From contig CAWBZV010000005.1 in NCBI GenBank assembly GCA_963793305.1, positions 1,184,001 through 1,248,000 of the forward strand: a stretch of DNA of 64,000 nt, read 5' to 3'. Shown here one piece after another: positions 29,675-43,742 of this stretch (within the stretch, counting starts at the first letter, position 1; every line of letters starts with the position of its first letter). Source of the stretch: an uncultured Gemmatimonadales bacterium (GTDB lineage: Bacteria; Gemmatimonadota; Gemmatimonadetes; Gemmatimonadales; Gemmatimonadaceae). The position numbers and the translations under genes are program-made. Below the pieces are notes generated by a model. That model saw only the letters and a list, made by a program, of their open reading frames with translations. It did no database searches and was not told the origin of the DNA.

Positions 29675-31216
29675 ATGGGCGAGCACGCGCTCGTGAAGCC
29701 CGAAGTGCCTCGGATGGGCGAGCCGGTTACGCTCGCTGCGGTGCGCGCGCGCATCGCCGATCGATTTGGCCTCGTGCCATCGTTCTTCATGACGGCTCGG
29801 GTCGAGCCGCCGATCATCGAGTCGATGTTCTCGATGGTGGAGTTCGCATACTTCGATTCGCCGTTGCCCGCGCTCTTCAAAGAGCGCCTCTTCGTGTACG
29901 TCTCGCGTTTCTGCGCGGTGCCGTACTGCATGGCCCGCCACTGTGGCTTTCTCGTTGGCTGTGGCAACGTGTCCGGGGACCCGGATGCCGACGGCATTGC
30001 GGTGGTGGAGGCGGTGGCGCTACTCCAGACGCCGTTCCCCGACGTGGCGGGACGGGACGGCCTACTCCACGCGTTGCGCGCTGTCCCCGGCGTGCTGGAG
30101 CGCTGGCCCGACCCGACCTCGGCGCTGAGCGAAACGGTTCTCTTCGCCGCCGCGGTCATTTTTGTCATGCCGCAGGAGCACAAGCCCTTGCTCGCGGAGC
30201 TCGAGCGCGTCCTTGGCGCGCGGCTCCACAACTATCTCATGCTGTTCCTCGGCTTCATACGCTTCGCGCACTTCTGGACGGAGTCGCATCCCCAGCTGCG
30301 AGCGGAAGACGACCTCGATCAACTGCTGTCCGAGCAGCGCGCGTTGGCCGAGTGGGTGACGAACTATTCGGCTCAGGTTGAGAGGGAGGTTGCGCAAGCG
30401 AGAGCCGAGTTGCGCGAAGTAGAATTGCTGCGCGCGCGAGCCGCGAAAAGTGAACGAGACGTAGTCGACTTACGGGAGGAGGTCACCGCGCGGACCCGGG
30501 ATGCCCAGGTCGCGCTCGCCGACAGTCGAGCCAAGGGAACGTACATGACGACGCTCAGCCACGAACTGCGCACGCCATTGAACGCCGTCGTGGGTTACAC
30601 CGAGCTGTTGGAGGCCGGGCTCGGTGGTACGTTGGATGAGAAAGGCCTCGCGTACCTCGCGCGCATCAAAGCCACCGCGCGACAGCAGCAACAGATCATC
30701 GAGGAGATCTTATCGTTCGCGCGCCTCGAGGGCGGGCGTGAGACGGTCCATACTGAAGTGTGCGCGATGGACGCGCTCGTCAACGAGCTCCAAGCCGTCA
30801 TCACGCCGTTGGCGGAGGCGCGCGGCCTCGCATTTACGACCAGGATCGCGAATGCTCCCGCGACGTTCATCGCCGATGCGGGCAAAGTGCGTCAGATCCT
30901 GATCAACCTCCTTGGAAACGCGGTGAAGTTCACGCCCGCTGGGACGGTCGATCTCCACGTTGCGACATCGCACGACGCCCTCGTGTTCAGCGTGACTGAT
31001 ACCGGCCTAGGCATTCCGCCGAGGGACCGCGAGCGGATCTTCGAGCCCTTCACGCAGCTCGACGAAGGCAAGACGCGCGAGTACGGTGGCACGGGGCTCG
31101 GGCTCGCTATCACCAAGCGGCTCGTCGAGTTGCTGTACGGCGACATCCGCGTCCACGCGCGGGACGGAGGCGGATCCACTTTTATTGTTGCGCTCCCATA
31201 TCAACGCGCGCCATGA
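29675..31216 (+). CDS. Cytoplasmic sensor histidine kinase with an N-terminal AhpD/CMD-like domain
   Basis: FGLVPSFF, LPALFKERLFVYVSRFCAVPYCMARH; SHELRTPLN, NLLGNAVKFT, DTGLGI, GGTGLGL. Confidence 0.88.
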   Translation: MGEHALVKPEVPRMGEPVTLAAVRARIADRFGLVPSFFMTARVEPPIIESMFSMVEFAYFDSPLPALFKERLFVYVSRFCAVPYCMARHCGFLVGCGNVSGDPDADGIAVVEAVALLQTPFPDVAGRDGLLHALRAVPGVLERWPDPTSALSETVLFAAAVIFVMPQEHKPLLAELERVLGARLHNYLMLFLGFIRFAHFWTESHPQLRAEDDLDQLLSEQRALAEWVTNYSAQVEREVAQARAELREVELLRARAAKSERDVVDLREEVTARTRDAQVALADSRAKGTYMTTLSHELRTPLNAVVGYTELLEAGLGGTLDEKGLAYLARIKATARQQQQIIEEILSFARLEGGRETVHTEVCAMDALVNELQAVITPLAEARGLAFTTRIANAPATFIADAGKVRQILINLLGNAVKFTPAGTVDLHVATSHDALVFSVTDTGLGIPPRDRERIFEPFTQLDEGKTREYGGTGLGLAITKRLVELLYGDIRVHARDGGGSTFIVALPYQRAP

Positions 31217-31282
31217 ACTGGTTGGCACACTGGTTGCCTTTGATGGCCATTCTCAAAGGCGACATTCTCCAAAGGAGCAGTG

Positions 31283-31726
31283 ATGCGAAGCAGGACAATC
31301 ATGTGCGTAGCGATGGCGATGGGCTTGGCGGCGTGCGGTAGTGCATCCGCACCGGGTGGCATCAGTATCGGTGGTCATTGGAACGTCGCGGTCGCGAACC
31401 TCACGGGCGGCGGCCACGTCTGCAGCGGATCGTTCGTTGCCGACTTTGCGCAGAGCCTCAACACCTTCAATGGGTCGTACACGAGCGGGTCGGTGATGTG
31501 CACGACGAGTGGTGGCCCCACGGCGATCGGCCAGGTCAGTGGCAGTGTCACGGACGGGTCGGTCAACGGACAGACGATCTCGTATACCCTCGACGGTAAC
31601 CCGATCACGTTCACAGGGACCGTCAACGTGTCCCAGATGTCCGGCGCGGTGAGCTGGACCAAAGACTTCGGCGATGGCAATGGACCGGTGTCGCTCGCCG
31701 GCTCCTGGACCGCGCAGAAGCAGTAG
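31283..31726 (+). CDS. Hypothetical lipoprotein
   Basis: AAGGAG RBS; GLAAC lipobox; Gly/Ser/Thr-rich beta protein. Confidence 0.75.
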   Translation: MRSRTIMCVAMAMGLAACGSASAPGGISIGGHWNVAVANLTGGGHVCSGSFVADFAQSLNTFNGSYTSGSVMCTTSGGPTAIGQVSGSVTDGSVNGQTISYTLDGNPITFTGTVNVSQMSGAVSWTKDFGDGNGPVSLAGSWTAQKQ

Positions 31727-31727
31727 G

Positions 31728-32250
31728 TCAGGAAATCGTCGCTGGCTCAGCGTAGGCGGTAAGCAGCGCGACCAGCGCCCAGAACGTCCGCGCAACCGCC
31801 AGCGGCCGCGACGACAGCGCGAACCGTATCCCAGCGCGCGAATCCAGCGAACGCCCGCGCCAGCACGACCGGATCATCGCCGAGTCGGGGCAGGCTCAGC
31901 ATGATCGGCGCGGCAAAGGCCGTCAGGAGCATCACGCCGAGGTTCGCGCACGCCGCGCCATAGACAGGGATGGCGGCGGAGAGCGGTCGTCTGGGACTGA
32001 GGCGGAAGGCGGCCGCCGCAATGAGCGACAGCAGCGTGCCGCCGATACCCGCCACGGGATAGACGATCCGTCCCGCGCCGAGATCGGCGTGTCGGCTGAA
32101 TGCCGCCCACGCCTGCGGCCCGACCGCCCGCCAGGCGGGCATTTCGACGATCGTGCGCCCCAGACTGTCGCCAAGCGCGGCCATCACCAGCGCGATGACG
32201 ACGCAGGCGATCGCCACCCGGGAGGCCCGGGGCTGTATAAGCATCGGCAT
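31728..32250 (-). CDS. DUF1772-like membrane protein; probable +1 indel at 31782-31788
   Basis: RTIVEMPAWRAVG..AWAAFSRHADLG; removing one base restores a last TM helix (DVWALVALL) ending at 31728. Confidence 0.6.
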
Positions 32251-32309
32251 ACAAAGTATAGTACAACGACAGTACCGTGGCGTCCAGATCTGTATTACTT
32301 TGTAAGCCA

Positions 32310-32633
32310 ATGGATAGGGAGTTATTGAAAGGCAGCATCGCGCTCCTGATCCTGCGGCTGCTCTCGGAGCGCGATATGTACGGAGGCGAGATCATTCAGG
32401 AGTCCGCGCGACGGACCCAGGATGCGTTTGCCTTCAAGGAAGGGACCGTGTACCCGGCGCTCCACCAGTTGTACAAGCGCGGATGGCTGTGGTCGGAGTG
32501 GCGGCGCGGGCCGAACGGCAAGCAGCGGAAATACTACGGCCTCACCGCCGCGGGCCGCCGGGCTGCGAGCCGCACGCAACGCGAGTGGCGGATCTTTACC
32601 GAAACGGTGAACGCCATTCTGGCTGGAGGATGA
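32310..32633 (+). CDS. PadR family transcriptional regulator
   Basis: ELLKGS..LLILRLL...MYG.EI, KEGTVYPALH.L, RKYY.LT..G. Confidence 0.93.
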   Translation: MDRELLKGSIALLILRLLSERDMYGGEIIQESARRTQDAFAFKEGTVYPALHQLYKRGWLWSEWRRGPNGKQRKYYGLTAAGRRAASRTQREWRIFTETVNAILAGG

Positions 32634-32637
32634 TCCC

Positions 32638-33396
32638 GTGCGGGACATTGATCGCATCGTCGAACGCGTCCTCGCGCGCGCCAGGATTCCCGGCGCGACG
32701 CGACGGCGCGAGATCGAGCGCGAGCTCCGCGATCATCTCGAGGACTTGGCCGAGGCGGATCTCGCTCGGTTCGGCGACCCCGAGGTCGTCGGCGACGCGT
32801 TGGGTCGTGTCTATGCACCGGAGCGATGGGCGGCTCACGTCGCGCGAGCAGCGACACTCGTCCTGGCGTCGGGCCTCGCGGCCGCCGTGATCATCGCTGG
32901 AGTTCAGGTGGTGATGACAGCGGCGACGCTCAGAGAGATCTCCACCGAGATCGCGGGATTTGCCACGGTGGCGTTGGGATATTGCGCGGCGTATCTCGCG
33001 AGGCGCCGATATCGCTTGTCGCTCCCCAGCGTCGTCGGAGTGATCACCGGCGGCGCACTCTGGATCGGCGTCGGCCTGTCGGTGCTCGCCCCTCGGCACG
33101 CCGTCATTGCCACCGTCGCGTTCCTGTCGACCGCTTTCGGCGGACTCCTGGTGTACGCTCCGGTTCCGCTCCTCTGGCTCGCCGGCACTGCCGGCCCGTT
33201 GCTGATGGCGAGCGTTGTGCTCGGGCCGCTCGTGCCGGGCGCCGGGCGGTTCCCGTGGTTGATATGGGTGGGGTTGAGCCTCTCGTGCGTCGCATTGCGA
33301 ATCGTCGTCCGCGTCTTCGAGCGGTACGTATTTACAGATGAGACTCGGTCGGAATACACAGCGACAATATTGTTCCCTGGCCAGGGGCGCTCGTGA
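32638..33396 (+). CDS. Membrane protein with an N-terminal permease-prefix/HAAS-like domain (PadR partner)
   Basis: RREIERELRDHLED...RFGDPEVV followed by several TM helices. Confidence 0.75.
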   Translation: MRDIDRIVERVLARARIPGATRRREIERELRDHLEDLAEADLARFGDPEVVGDALGRVYAPERWAAHVARAATLVLASGLAAAVIIAGVQVVMTAATLREISTEIAGFATVALGYCAAYLARRRYRLSLPSVVGVITGGALWIGVGLSVLAPRHAVIATVAFLSTAFGGLLVYAPVPLLWLAGTAGPLLMASVVLGPLVPGAGRFPWLIWVGLSLSCVALRIVVRVFERYVFTDETRSEYTATILFPGQGRS

Positions 33397-34427
33397 TGTC
33401 CAACGTGCCACCCGCGCGGCGCGCGCGCTCGCGCATTCCCATGACGCCCCAATGCCCGTCTTTCACCGCGGCATTGACGTTGCCGGTCAAAAGCCCGCGC
33501 CCGTCGTCCTGTACGTCGAGCCTCACCGATGACCGCTCGTAGCTCAGGCGAATCTCCACCGTCGGCGAGTCCGCGTGCTTGACCGCATTGAGCGCGGCCT
33601 CGCGGGCGATCCGTAGCACCGCGTTCTCAATGGCCGGAGCGATCGGGCGACGATTGCCCGTGACGTTCGAATCGCAGACGAGTCGGCGCCGCACCGATCG
33701 CGCGCCGCACGGTTCCTTCCAACGCACGGGGGAGATCATCGTGATCGGGCTCCGATGCGCGGAGATCCCACACGGCATCGCGCGCCTCGCGCAGCGTGAC
33801 ATTGGCCAGGGATAGCGCGCGCGAGAGCTCCTCCGCCGGGTCTTCGCGCCCGTCCGCGCGCCAGCGCTGCAAGAGCCCTTGCAACTGTAGGGTGACTCCC
33901 GTGAACCCTTGCAGCAGCGTGTCGTGGAGCTCGCCCGCGACACGCGTTCGCTCGGCTTGCGTCGCCTCTTCCGCCTCGGTCCGCAGAAGCCATTCGAGGC
34001 GGCGGGCTTGCTCCAACGCGATCGCCGCCTCGTTCGCGGCGATGCGCAGCACGAGCCGCTCGGGGACGCTGGGGAAACCAGGTCGATTCGAGGCCACGGC
34101 AAGGACACCCAGATCCCCCGGAAGCCCCAACGCGACTCGGACCACGGATGCATCCCATCGCTCGAGCGCGATGCCAACATCCCGCGGAGTCATGGATTGA
34201 GGCTGGCGCAACCCTATCATGGCTGCTTCGGTCGGCGCCTCACCGATGGCGTCGACGAGCCTGAGATAGGCGAAATCGAGATCGAGCATCGCCACCAATG
34301 AGTCCAGTAGCGTATTGACGATGCTCGCGGGCTGGCCAACGCTCCAGATCGCCGGCAGCGACCCGATTTGCAGCAGGTTGCTAATGCAGTTCTGGAGCCG
34401 CTTGATCTCCTCTGCCGATTCGTCCAT
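33332..34427 (-). CDS. HisKA_3 sensor histidine kinase; +1 indel at 33662-33668
   Basis: ERTRVAGELHDTLLQG, EARDAVWDLR, then LRIAREAALNAVKHA, DDGRG, GHWGVMGMRERA. Confidence 0.88.
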
Positions 34428-35058
34428 ATCGCCGTGAGCGCAGCTCTTCCAGGTACTCCTCAGGGGGCACGTAAAAAGGATTCTCTTGCACGGTGTGACC
34501 GATGAGGATCATGGGATGGGCTCGGAGAACGCCCATGACGACTCCGCCGCTGAACCGCCTCAGGTCGTACACACAAATCACCGGATCGCTGACGCGAGCC
34601 CACATGAGGTTCGCCCGGCTCTCGTACTCGATCACCTGATCGACACCGGGGTGGTTCTCGAGGGCCCACTCCATGTGGCAGACCGTGCGCGTTCGCCGAA
34701 ACCCGTCGCGCTTGGCTCCGACCAATACTTGTTCGATGGTCGCCAACATGCGGTCCTGGTCGAAGGAGCCGCCGGCAAGATAGAACTCATCCCAGCCGTG
34801 CACCTCGAATTGGCCGCGCTGTTCCGCTTGGGTGATGGCCAGGCCCTGCGATTCCAAGTGCTGCACATGCTGCCGGCAGACGACCGGATCGACGACATGC
34901 ATCGCTTTGTCGCCGCACTCCAATCCCTCCCTAATGAAAGGGAGGAGCACGCGCGCTTCTTCTTGCTCGTCGTGGAAGAAGGCGCAGATGTGAGGGTGGG
35001 CGCCGAGCTCCGAGCCGGCGAACCGGACGGGCGCATCGCACATCACAGCTTGTTCCAT
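34381..35058 (-). CDS. MEDS domain protein
   Basis: HICAFF, LPFIREGL..GDK, YL..GSFD...ML, MEWAL, EYE...N, ICVYD...F......LRAHP, ENPFYVPPE. Confidence 0.9.
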   Translation of the reverse strand: MEQAVMCDAPVRFAGSELGAHPHICAFFHDEQEEARVLLPFIREGLECGDKAMHVVDPVVCRQHVQHLESQGLAITQAEQRGQFEVHGWDEFYLAGGSFDQDRMLATIEQVLVGAKRDGFRRTRTVCHMEWALENHPGVDQVIEYESRANLMWARVSDPVICVYDLRRFSGGVVMGVLRAHPMILIGHTVQENPFYVPPEEYLEELRSRRYGRIGRGDQAAPELH

Positions 35059-35146
35059 GTGGTGAAGAGTGCACCCGCGCCGTAGGCAACGCCAGGTACC
35101 CAGTTTTGGGCATGTCACGGGGCTGTCTATTCGGTATCATCCGGTG

Positions 35147-35773
35147 ATGCCGAACCCGATCACCATCCTCACGGTCGATGACCACGGACTGATCCGAGCC
35201 GGCCTCAGCGCTGTCGTGGCAACCGAGCCCGATCTCCGGATCGTCGCGGAGGCGGCGAATGGCGAAGAGGCGATCGAGCAGTTCGAGGCCTATCGCCCGG
35301 ACATCGTGCTCATGGATCTGCGCATGCCGGTGATGGACGGCTTGGCGGCCACCCGTGCGATCCTGGCCGATCATCCCGACGCCAAGATCATCGTGCTCTC
35401 GACATACGATGGCGATGTGAATATCCATCGCGCGCTCGAAGCCGGCGCGCGCGGGTATCTCTTGAAGGATATGCTGCGCACGGAGGTGTTGAACGCGATG
35501 CGCCAAGTGTATCGTGGCGAGCGCTGCCTCCCGCCGCCCGTCGCGGCACAACTCGCCGCCCACACGCCGCGCGTCGAGCTCACACCACGGGAAGCCGAGG
35601 TGTTTCACTACGTGGCGCGAGGGTGTACGAACGCCGAGATCGCCGCGCAGATCGGGCGCACCGAGGGCACCGTCAAAGTGCACGTGAAGAATATCCTGCG
35701 CAAACTCGACGCCCACGATCGCACCGAAGCCGTCGCCATTGGCATCGAGCGCGGATTCATTCACCTCGGCTGA
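35147..35773 (+). CDS. NarL/LuxR family response regulator
   Basis: VDDH, DIVLMDLRMP, GYLLK, LTPRE...G.TN.EIA......TVK.HV. Confidence 0.95.
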   Translation: MPNPITILTVDDHGLIRAGLSAVVATEPDLRIVAEAANGEEAIEQFEAYRPDIVLMDLRMPVMDGLAATRAILADHPDAKIIVLSTYDGDVNIHRALEAGARGYLLKDMLRTEVLNAMRQVYRGERCLPPPVAAQLAAHTPRVELTPREAEVFHYVARGCTNAEIAAQIGRTEGTVKVHVKNILRKLDAHDRTEAVAIGIERGFIHLG

Positions 35774-35851
35774 CCACTACCCCTGTAGGTGTAGGCGAAG
35801 ACTGCTCCGACGAGGAGTAGAGACTGCCTCCGCGCGCCGGTATCGTGGGGT

Positions 35852-38682
<2,831 letters not shown>

Positions 38683-38694
38683 ACAGAGGAATCC

Positions 38695-39727
38695 ATGTCA
38701 CACCACTATTCCGGCCCCGACTACGGCTTCCCATATGGGGACGCCCGTCTCGACTTCACCGATCTCTATGCTTTCCCCAAACCCGGCGATCCCGCGAAAT
38801 CGATCCTGATTATGGACGCGCACCCGTCGGTCGGGGTGAACCCGCAGGGGCCCACGACACCCGAGCCCTTCGCGACGAACGGACTGTATGAGCTCAAGAT
38901 CGACAAGGACGGCGATGCCGTCGCCGATCTCGCGTACCGGGTGCGATTCTCATCGTCCGCTGACGGGACGCAAGTCGCGACTGTCCGCCGCGTCACGGGC
39001 ACTGCGGCGGCTGGGACAGGGGACACTGGTGACGTGATCGTCGATCGGGCGCCGGTCTCGACGGGGCCGGAAGCGCACGTAACGAAAGCCGGCGACTATC
39101 GGTTCTTCGCTGGATGGCGCAGCGATCCGTTCTTCTTTGATGCAATCGGCGCGCTGAACCAGCACTTCACCGGTACGGATTTCTTCGGCGACAAGGACGT
39201 TCTGCAGCATCGTGCTGGAAGTCCCCAACGCGGAGCTCGGCTTTGGCCCGATCGGCATATGGGCTCGCACGCTCGTCAGCGACGCGGGAACGTGGCGTCA
39301 GGCCGACCGCGGCGCACGGCCGCAGCAGGAGCCGTTCCTCGCTGGCGACGAGAAAGCGGCCTATCTCGCGGGAGAACCGGTGAACGATGCGCGGTACATT
39401 TCCGCCTTCGCGCACTCGATGGAACATTTTGGCGGCCGCACACCGGAGGACGCCGCGCGGGTCGCCCGTACGCTATTGCCCGACATTCTCATCTACGATC
39501 CCAAACGTCCGGCCGCATTTCCCGACAACGGCCGAAGCCTCACCGACGATGTCGTGGATGTCCTCTTTCCGATCTTCACCAACGGTAAGGTCACCACCGA
39601 CAACGTCGGACCGCATTGCGATTTGCTCACCGAGTTCCCGTACGTGGGGCCGCCGCACAAAACCTACGCATTGGTGGACATTGCCCTCCCGCCGCCTTCG
39701 AACATTCGCGCGAAGACCATCCCGTAG
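38695..39727 (+). CDS. DUF4331 family protein; +1 indel at 39196-39202
   Basis: MSHH..., DFTDLYAF, FAGWRSDPFFFD, DKDV|CSIVLEVP, LLPDIL.YD, NGRSLTDDV, FPYVGPP. Confidence 0.85.
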
Positions 39728-40326
39728 ATGACACCGGCCACGTGCGCGATGTAGGCGACACCGCCGCCCTGCGTCGTGGCCACTTGTCCCAGGTTCACCA
39801 GTTGGGTGAGGAACCAGACGCCGATGAGCAGGGCGGCGGGGATCATGGCGATCTGCACGAACACGAAGATGACCAGAATGGACCGGATCCGGTCCCTCGG
39901 GTAGGTCACAAGGAACGCGCCCATGACGGCGGCGATTGCGCCACTGGCCCCGAGGTTCGGGACGGTCGAGGTGGGGTTCAAGGCTACCTGGGCGCCCATG
40001 GCAACCAACCCGCCGACCAAGTAGAACACGAGATAGCGGAACGAGCCCATGGCGTCCTCGATTTCCGGACCGAAGGCCCAGAAGAACACCATATTGCCGA
40101 GGATATGGGACCAGCCGCCGTGCATGAACATCGCGGTGAACAGCGTGATCAGATCGTGGCCCGCGGTAATATGGGCGGGGATCGCAGACCACTTGAGGAC
40201 GAACGCGTCACCCCCCGCCAGCTCGAACCCGAACACGATGAAGTTCGCGACGATGAGGCCGATCGTGACGATCGGCATGTTGACCGGACGGCGTGAGGCA
40301 TTTGTCAGCGGGATGACTGTTCCCAT
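39664..40326 (-). CDS. Rhomboid family intramembrane serine protease
   Basis: MFMHGGWSHILGNM, GASGAIA, VAYIAHVAG. Confidence 0.93.
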   Translation of the reverse strand: MGTVIPLTNASRRPVNMPIVTIGLIVANFIVFGFELAGGDAFVLKWSAIPAHITAGHDLITLFTAMFMHGGWSHILGNMVFFWAFGPEIEDAMGSFRYLVFYLVGGLVAMGAQVALNPTSTVPNLGASGAIAAVMGAFLVTYPRDRIRSILVIFVFVQIAMIPAALLIGVWFLTQLVNLGQVATTQGGGVAYIAHVAGVIYGMVFARMFEGGGRAMSTNA

Positions 40327-40526
40327 GCTGCCGCTCTCCCTGAGTGCGAGTTAGCCGAGAATCTACGCCGCTCCGGCGCCGCCGCTAGCACGCTCCCCTT
40401 GCCGCAGGCGGGGACCCTACGGGCGACGCTCGAGCGCAAGGGCACGCCGACGTCGTCCGGTAAGATCGCAAGAAATTTGCGCGTATCCACTTGTCTTCCG
40501 CCCCCCATTTGTGACAACGTGAGAGG

Positions 40527-43500
40527 ATGAGCACCCCACTCTCTCGCCGGCAGTTCCTCGGTCGCTCAGGTCTCGCGGCCGGAGGCACCGCACTCGGCGG
40601 TCTCGTCGCCCTCGGCGTCGACCCCGAGCCCTTGCGCGCATCCACCGTGCCACTCGGGTACAAGCTCGCCAACACGAAGACGGTCGTTGGCGTCTGCCCG
40701 TACTGCGCGGTGGGTTGTAGCCAGTTGCTCTCCTCGCGCGACGGGAAACTCGTCAACGTCGAAGGGAATCCCGATTCGCCGATCAATCGCGGCACGCTGT
40801 GCCCCAAGGGCGCGTCCAGCTTCCAGCTGACCGTCAATCCCGAGCGCCAGAAGAAGGTCCTGTACCGGCGTCCGGGCGGCAAAGAGTGGGAGTCGCTCGA
40901 TCTCGAGAAAGCGATGGACATGATCGCCGAGCGCGTCAAGAAAACGCGCGACGCGACGTTTCAGCGTACCGCGAAGATCGGCGACCGCACCGTGACGGTC
41001 AACAATTCGCTCGGGATCGCATTGCTTGGCGGCGCGACACTGGAGAACGAGTGGAATTACGCGCACTTGAAGCTGTGGCGCGGACTCGGCGGCGTCTTTC
41101 TCGAAAATCAGGCTCGAATATGACACTCGGCCACGGTCCCCGGTCTGGGGGCGACGTTTGGCCGCGGCGGCGCGACGATGTTTCAGCAGGACCTCCAGAA
41201 CGCGGACTGCATCGTGATCATGGGGTCCAACATGGCGGAGTGTCACCCGGTGGGATTCCGCTGGGTAATGAAAGCGCGCGAGCGCGGCGCGATGATCATT
41301 CACATCGATCCGCGCTACACGCGGACGTTGGCGAACGCCAACCTGCACGTCGGCATTCGCTCCGGCTCCGATATCGCGTTCCTCGGTGGACTGATCAATT
41401 ACATCATCAAGAATGATCGGTGGTTCCACGAGTACGTCCTGAACTATACGAACGCCGCCACGATCGTCTCGGACGACTACAAGGACACGGAAGACCTCGA
41501 CGGCCTGTTTTCTGGTTTCGATGCGGCGGGACGCAAGTACGACAATGCCACGTGGGCATACGCGGGCGCGAAGGACGCGCCGCCGCCGACGGACCCGACG
41601 TTGAAGAACCCGCGATGTGTGTTCCGGATTCTGGAACGACACTTCGCGCGATACACACCCGAGATGGTCTCGCGCGTGTGCGGGTGCACGCCGGAGGAGT
41701 TCGAGAAGGTCGCGAAAGCGCTGTCCGACAACTCGGGTCGCGAGCGCACGTCGTCGATCTGCTACGCGGTCGGCTGGACCCAGCACACGGTCGGCGTGCA
41801 GATGATCCGCTGCGCGGCCATTGTGCAGGCGCTGCTCGGCAACATGGGGCGGCCCGGTGGCGGGATCCTCGCGCTGCGTGGCCACGCGTCGATCCAGGGG
41901 TCGACGGATGTGCCAACGTTGTACCACCTGCTCCCTGGCTATCTGCCCGCACCGAGTGCGGCCAACCCCAAGCACGACACGCTCGACGGTTGGGTCGATG
42001 CGACCATGCCGAAGACGGGATGGTGGGCCAACGGCCGCGCGTACATGATCTCGCTGCTCAAGATGTGGTACGGCGATGCCGCGACGGCCGAGAACCAGTG
42101 GGGGTACGAATATCTGCCCAAGGCCGTGGGCGACCACTCGCACATCCCTATGTTCAAAGCGATGGTCGATGGCGTGGTGAAGGGGTTCATGTGCATCGGG
42201 CAGAATCCCGCGGCCGGCGGACAGAACGCGATCTACAATCGTATGGCGATGGCCAACCTCGATTGGCTCGTGATGCGCGACCTGTTCCGCATTGAGACCG
42301 CGGAGTTCTGGAAGGCACCGGACGTTCCCGATCCGTCGGTGATCAAGACTGAAGTGTTTTTCTTGCCCTCCACGTCGGTCACTGAAAGCGAGGGTTCGTT
42401 CACCAACACACAGCGTCTTCTGCAATGGCACGACAAGGGCGCCGAGCCGCAGGAAGACTGCCGGTCTGATCTCTGGTTCAGCCATCATCTGTACAAGCGG
42501 CTGCGCAAGATGTACGAGGGGTCGACCGATCCACGCGACGCCGCGTTCCTGGCAATGACCTGGTACACGAACGAAGAGCCTGGTCCGCTGAAAGAACCGA
42601 ACGCCGTTGATGTCCTGCGCGAGATCAACGGTTGGCATGCCCCGGATCGCACGCCGCTCAAGACGTTCGTCGACATCAAGGCGGATGGATCGACGCCGTG
42701 CGGAGTGTGGATCTATACCGGTGTGTATCCCGCCGAAGGCGTCAACAAGGCCCAAGCGCGAGTAGCAGACGGGTACACTTCGCTCGGCTGGGGATGGGCG
42801 TGGCCCGCCAATCGTCGTACGCTCTACAATCGGGCCAGCGCCGATCCGCAGGGCAAGCCGTGGTCTCCGCGCAAAGCCTATGTCTGGTGGGATGAGAAGC
42901 AAAAGAAATGGATCGGCTACGATATCCCCGACTATCCCGCGACCAAAGCTCCGTATTCCAAGGGAGTATGGTCAAAGGGTGGAATGGACGCACTGGATGG
43001 GACCATTGCGTACATCATGCAGCGCGACGGCAAAGCGTCCTTGTTTACACCAACAGGAATCGTCGACGGCCCGCTGCCCACGCATTACGAGCCCTGGGAA
43101 TCGAGCGTCAAGAACGCGCTGTACCAGGTCCAGCGCAGTCCCGTGGCGAAAGTCTGGGATATGGTGGGCAACAAGTACATCGACGTCGGTGATCCGAACT
43201 ACCCGATTATTATCACGACCTATCGCCTGACGGAGCACCATCTCAGCGGGCCGATGAGCCGTTGGAATCCGTGGCTCACCGAGCTGCAGCCGGAGATGTT
43301 CATCGAGATCTCGCCGGAGCTGGCGGCTGAGAAGCACATCGAGAATACGGGTTGGGTCACCGTGTACACGCCGCGAGCAGCAATCGAGTGCAAGGCGCTG
43401 GTCACCCGTCGCATGAAGCCGTTCACGATCAACGGTCAGCGCATGCACCAGGCCGGCGCGCCATTCCACTGGTCGTGGAACGGCGTCGTCAGCGGCGGCA

Positions 43501-43742
43501 ACGCGAACGATCTGATCTGCCTGGTGGCCGACCCCAACGTCACGATTCACGAAGGGAAGGCGTTCATGTGCCAGATCGTCGCCGGCCGTCAACGTGAGGA
43601 GATTTTACCCAAGCTGCCGGACCGAACGGTTCCGGTACCCAAGGTCGGCCGGCGCGAAGCGCGGGCGGCCCAGGCGGCAATCGACGACGCGATCGCCAGC
43701 TATCTGCCGTTGGATCACCCCGAGGGGGTGTATCATGGCTAA
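40527..43742 (+). CDS. fdnG: Formate dehydrogenase alpha subunit, selenocysteine-containing (UGA 41121-41123), Tat-exported
   Basis: SRRQFL Tat motif; CPYCAVGC...CPKG; NQARI-UGA-HSATVPGLG in frame with the downstream ORF; GSNMAECHP, LRGHASIQG, TTYRLTEH. Confidence 0.95.
41128..41164 (+). promoter_or_regulatory. Bacterial SECIS element
   Basis: Upper stem GTCCCC/GGGGGC with GGTCT loop starting 12 nt after the UGA; lower stem CGGCCA/TGGCCG. Confidence 0.85.

Noticed and set aside
40566..42902. 778-aa antisense ORF and similar long shadow ORFs (e.g. 48089-49858, 19615-20895)
   Set aside because: Expected in high-GC DNA opposite or overlapping real genes; no recognisable motifs.
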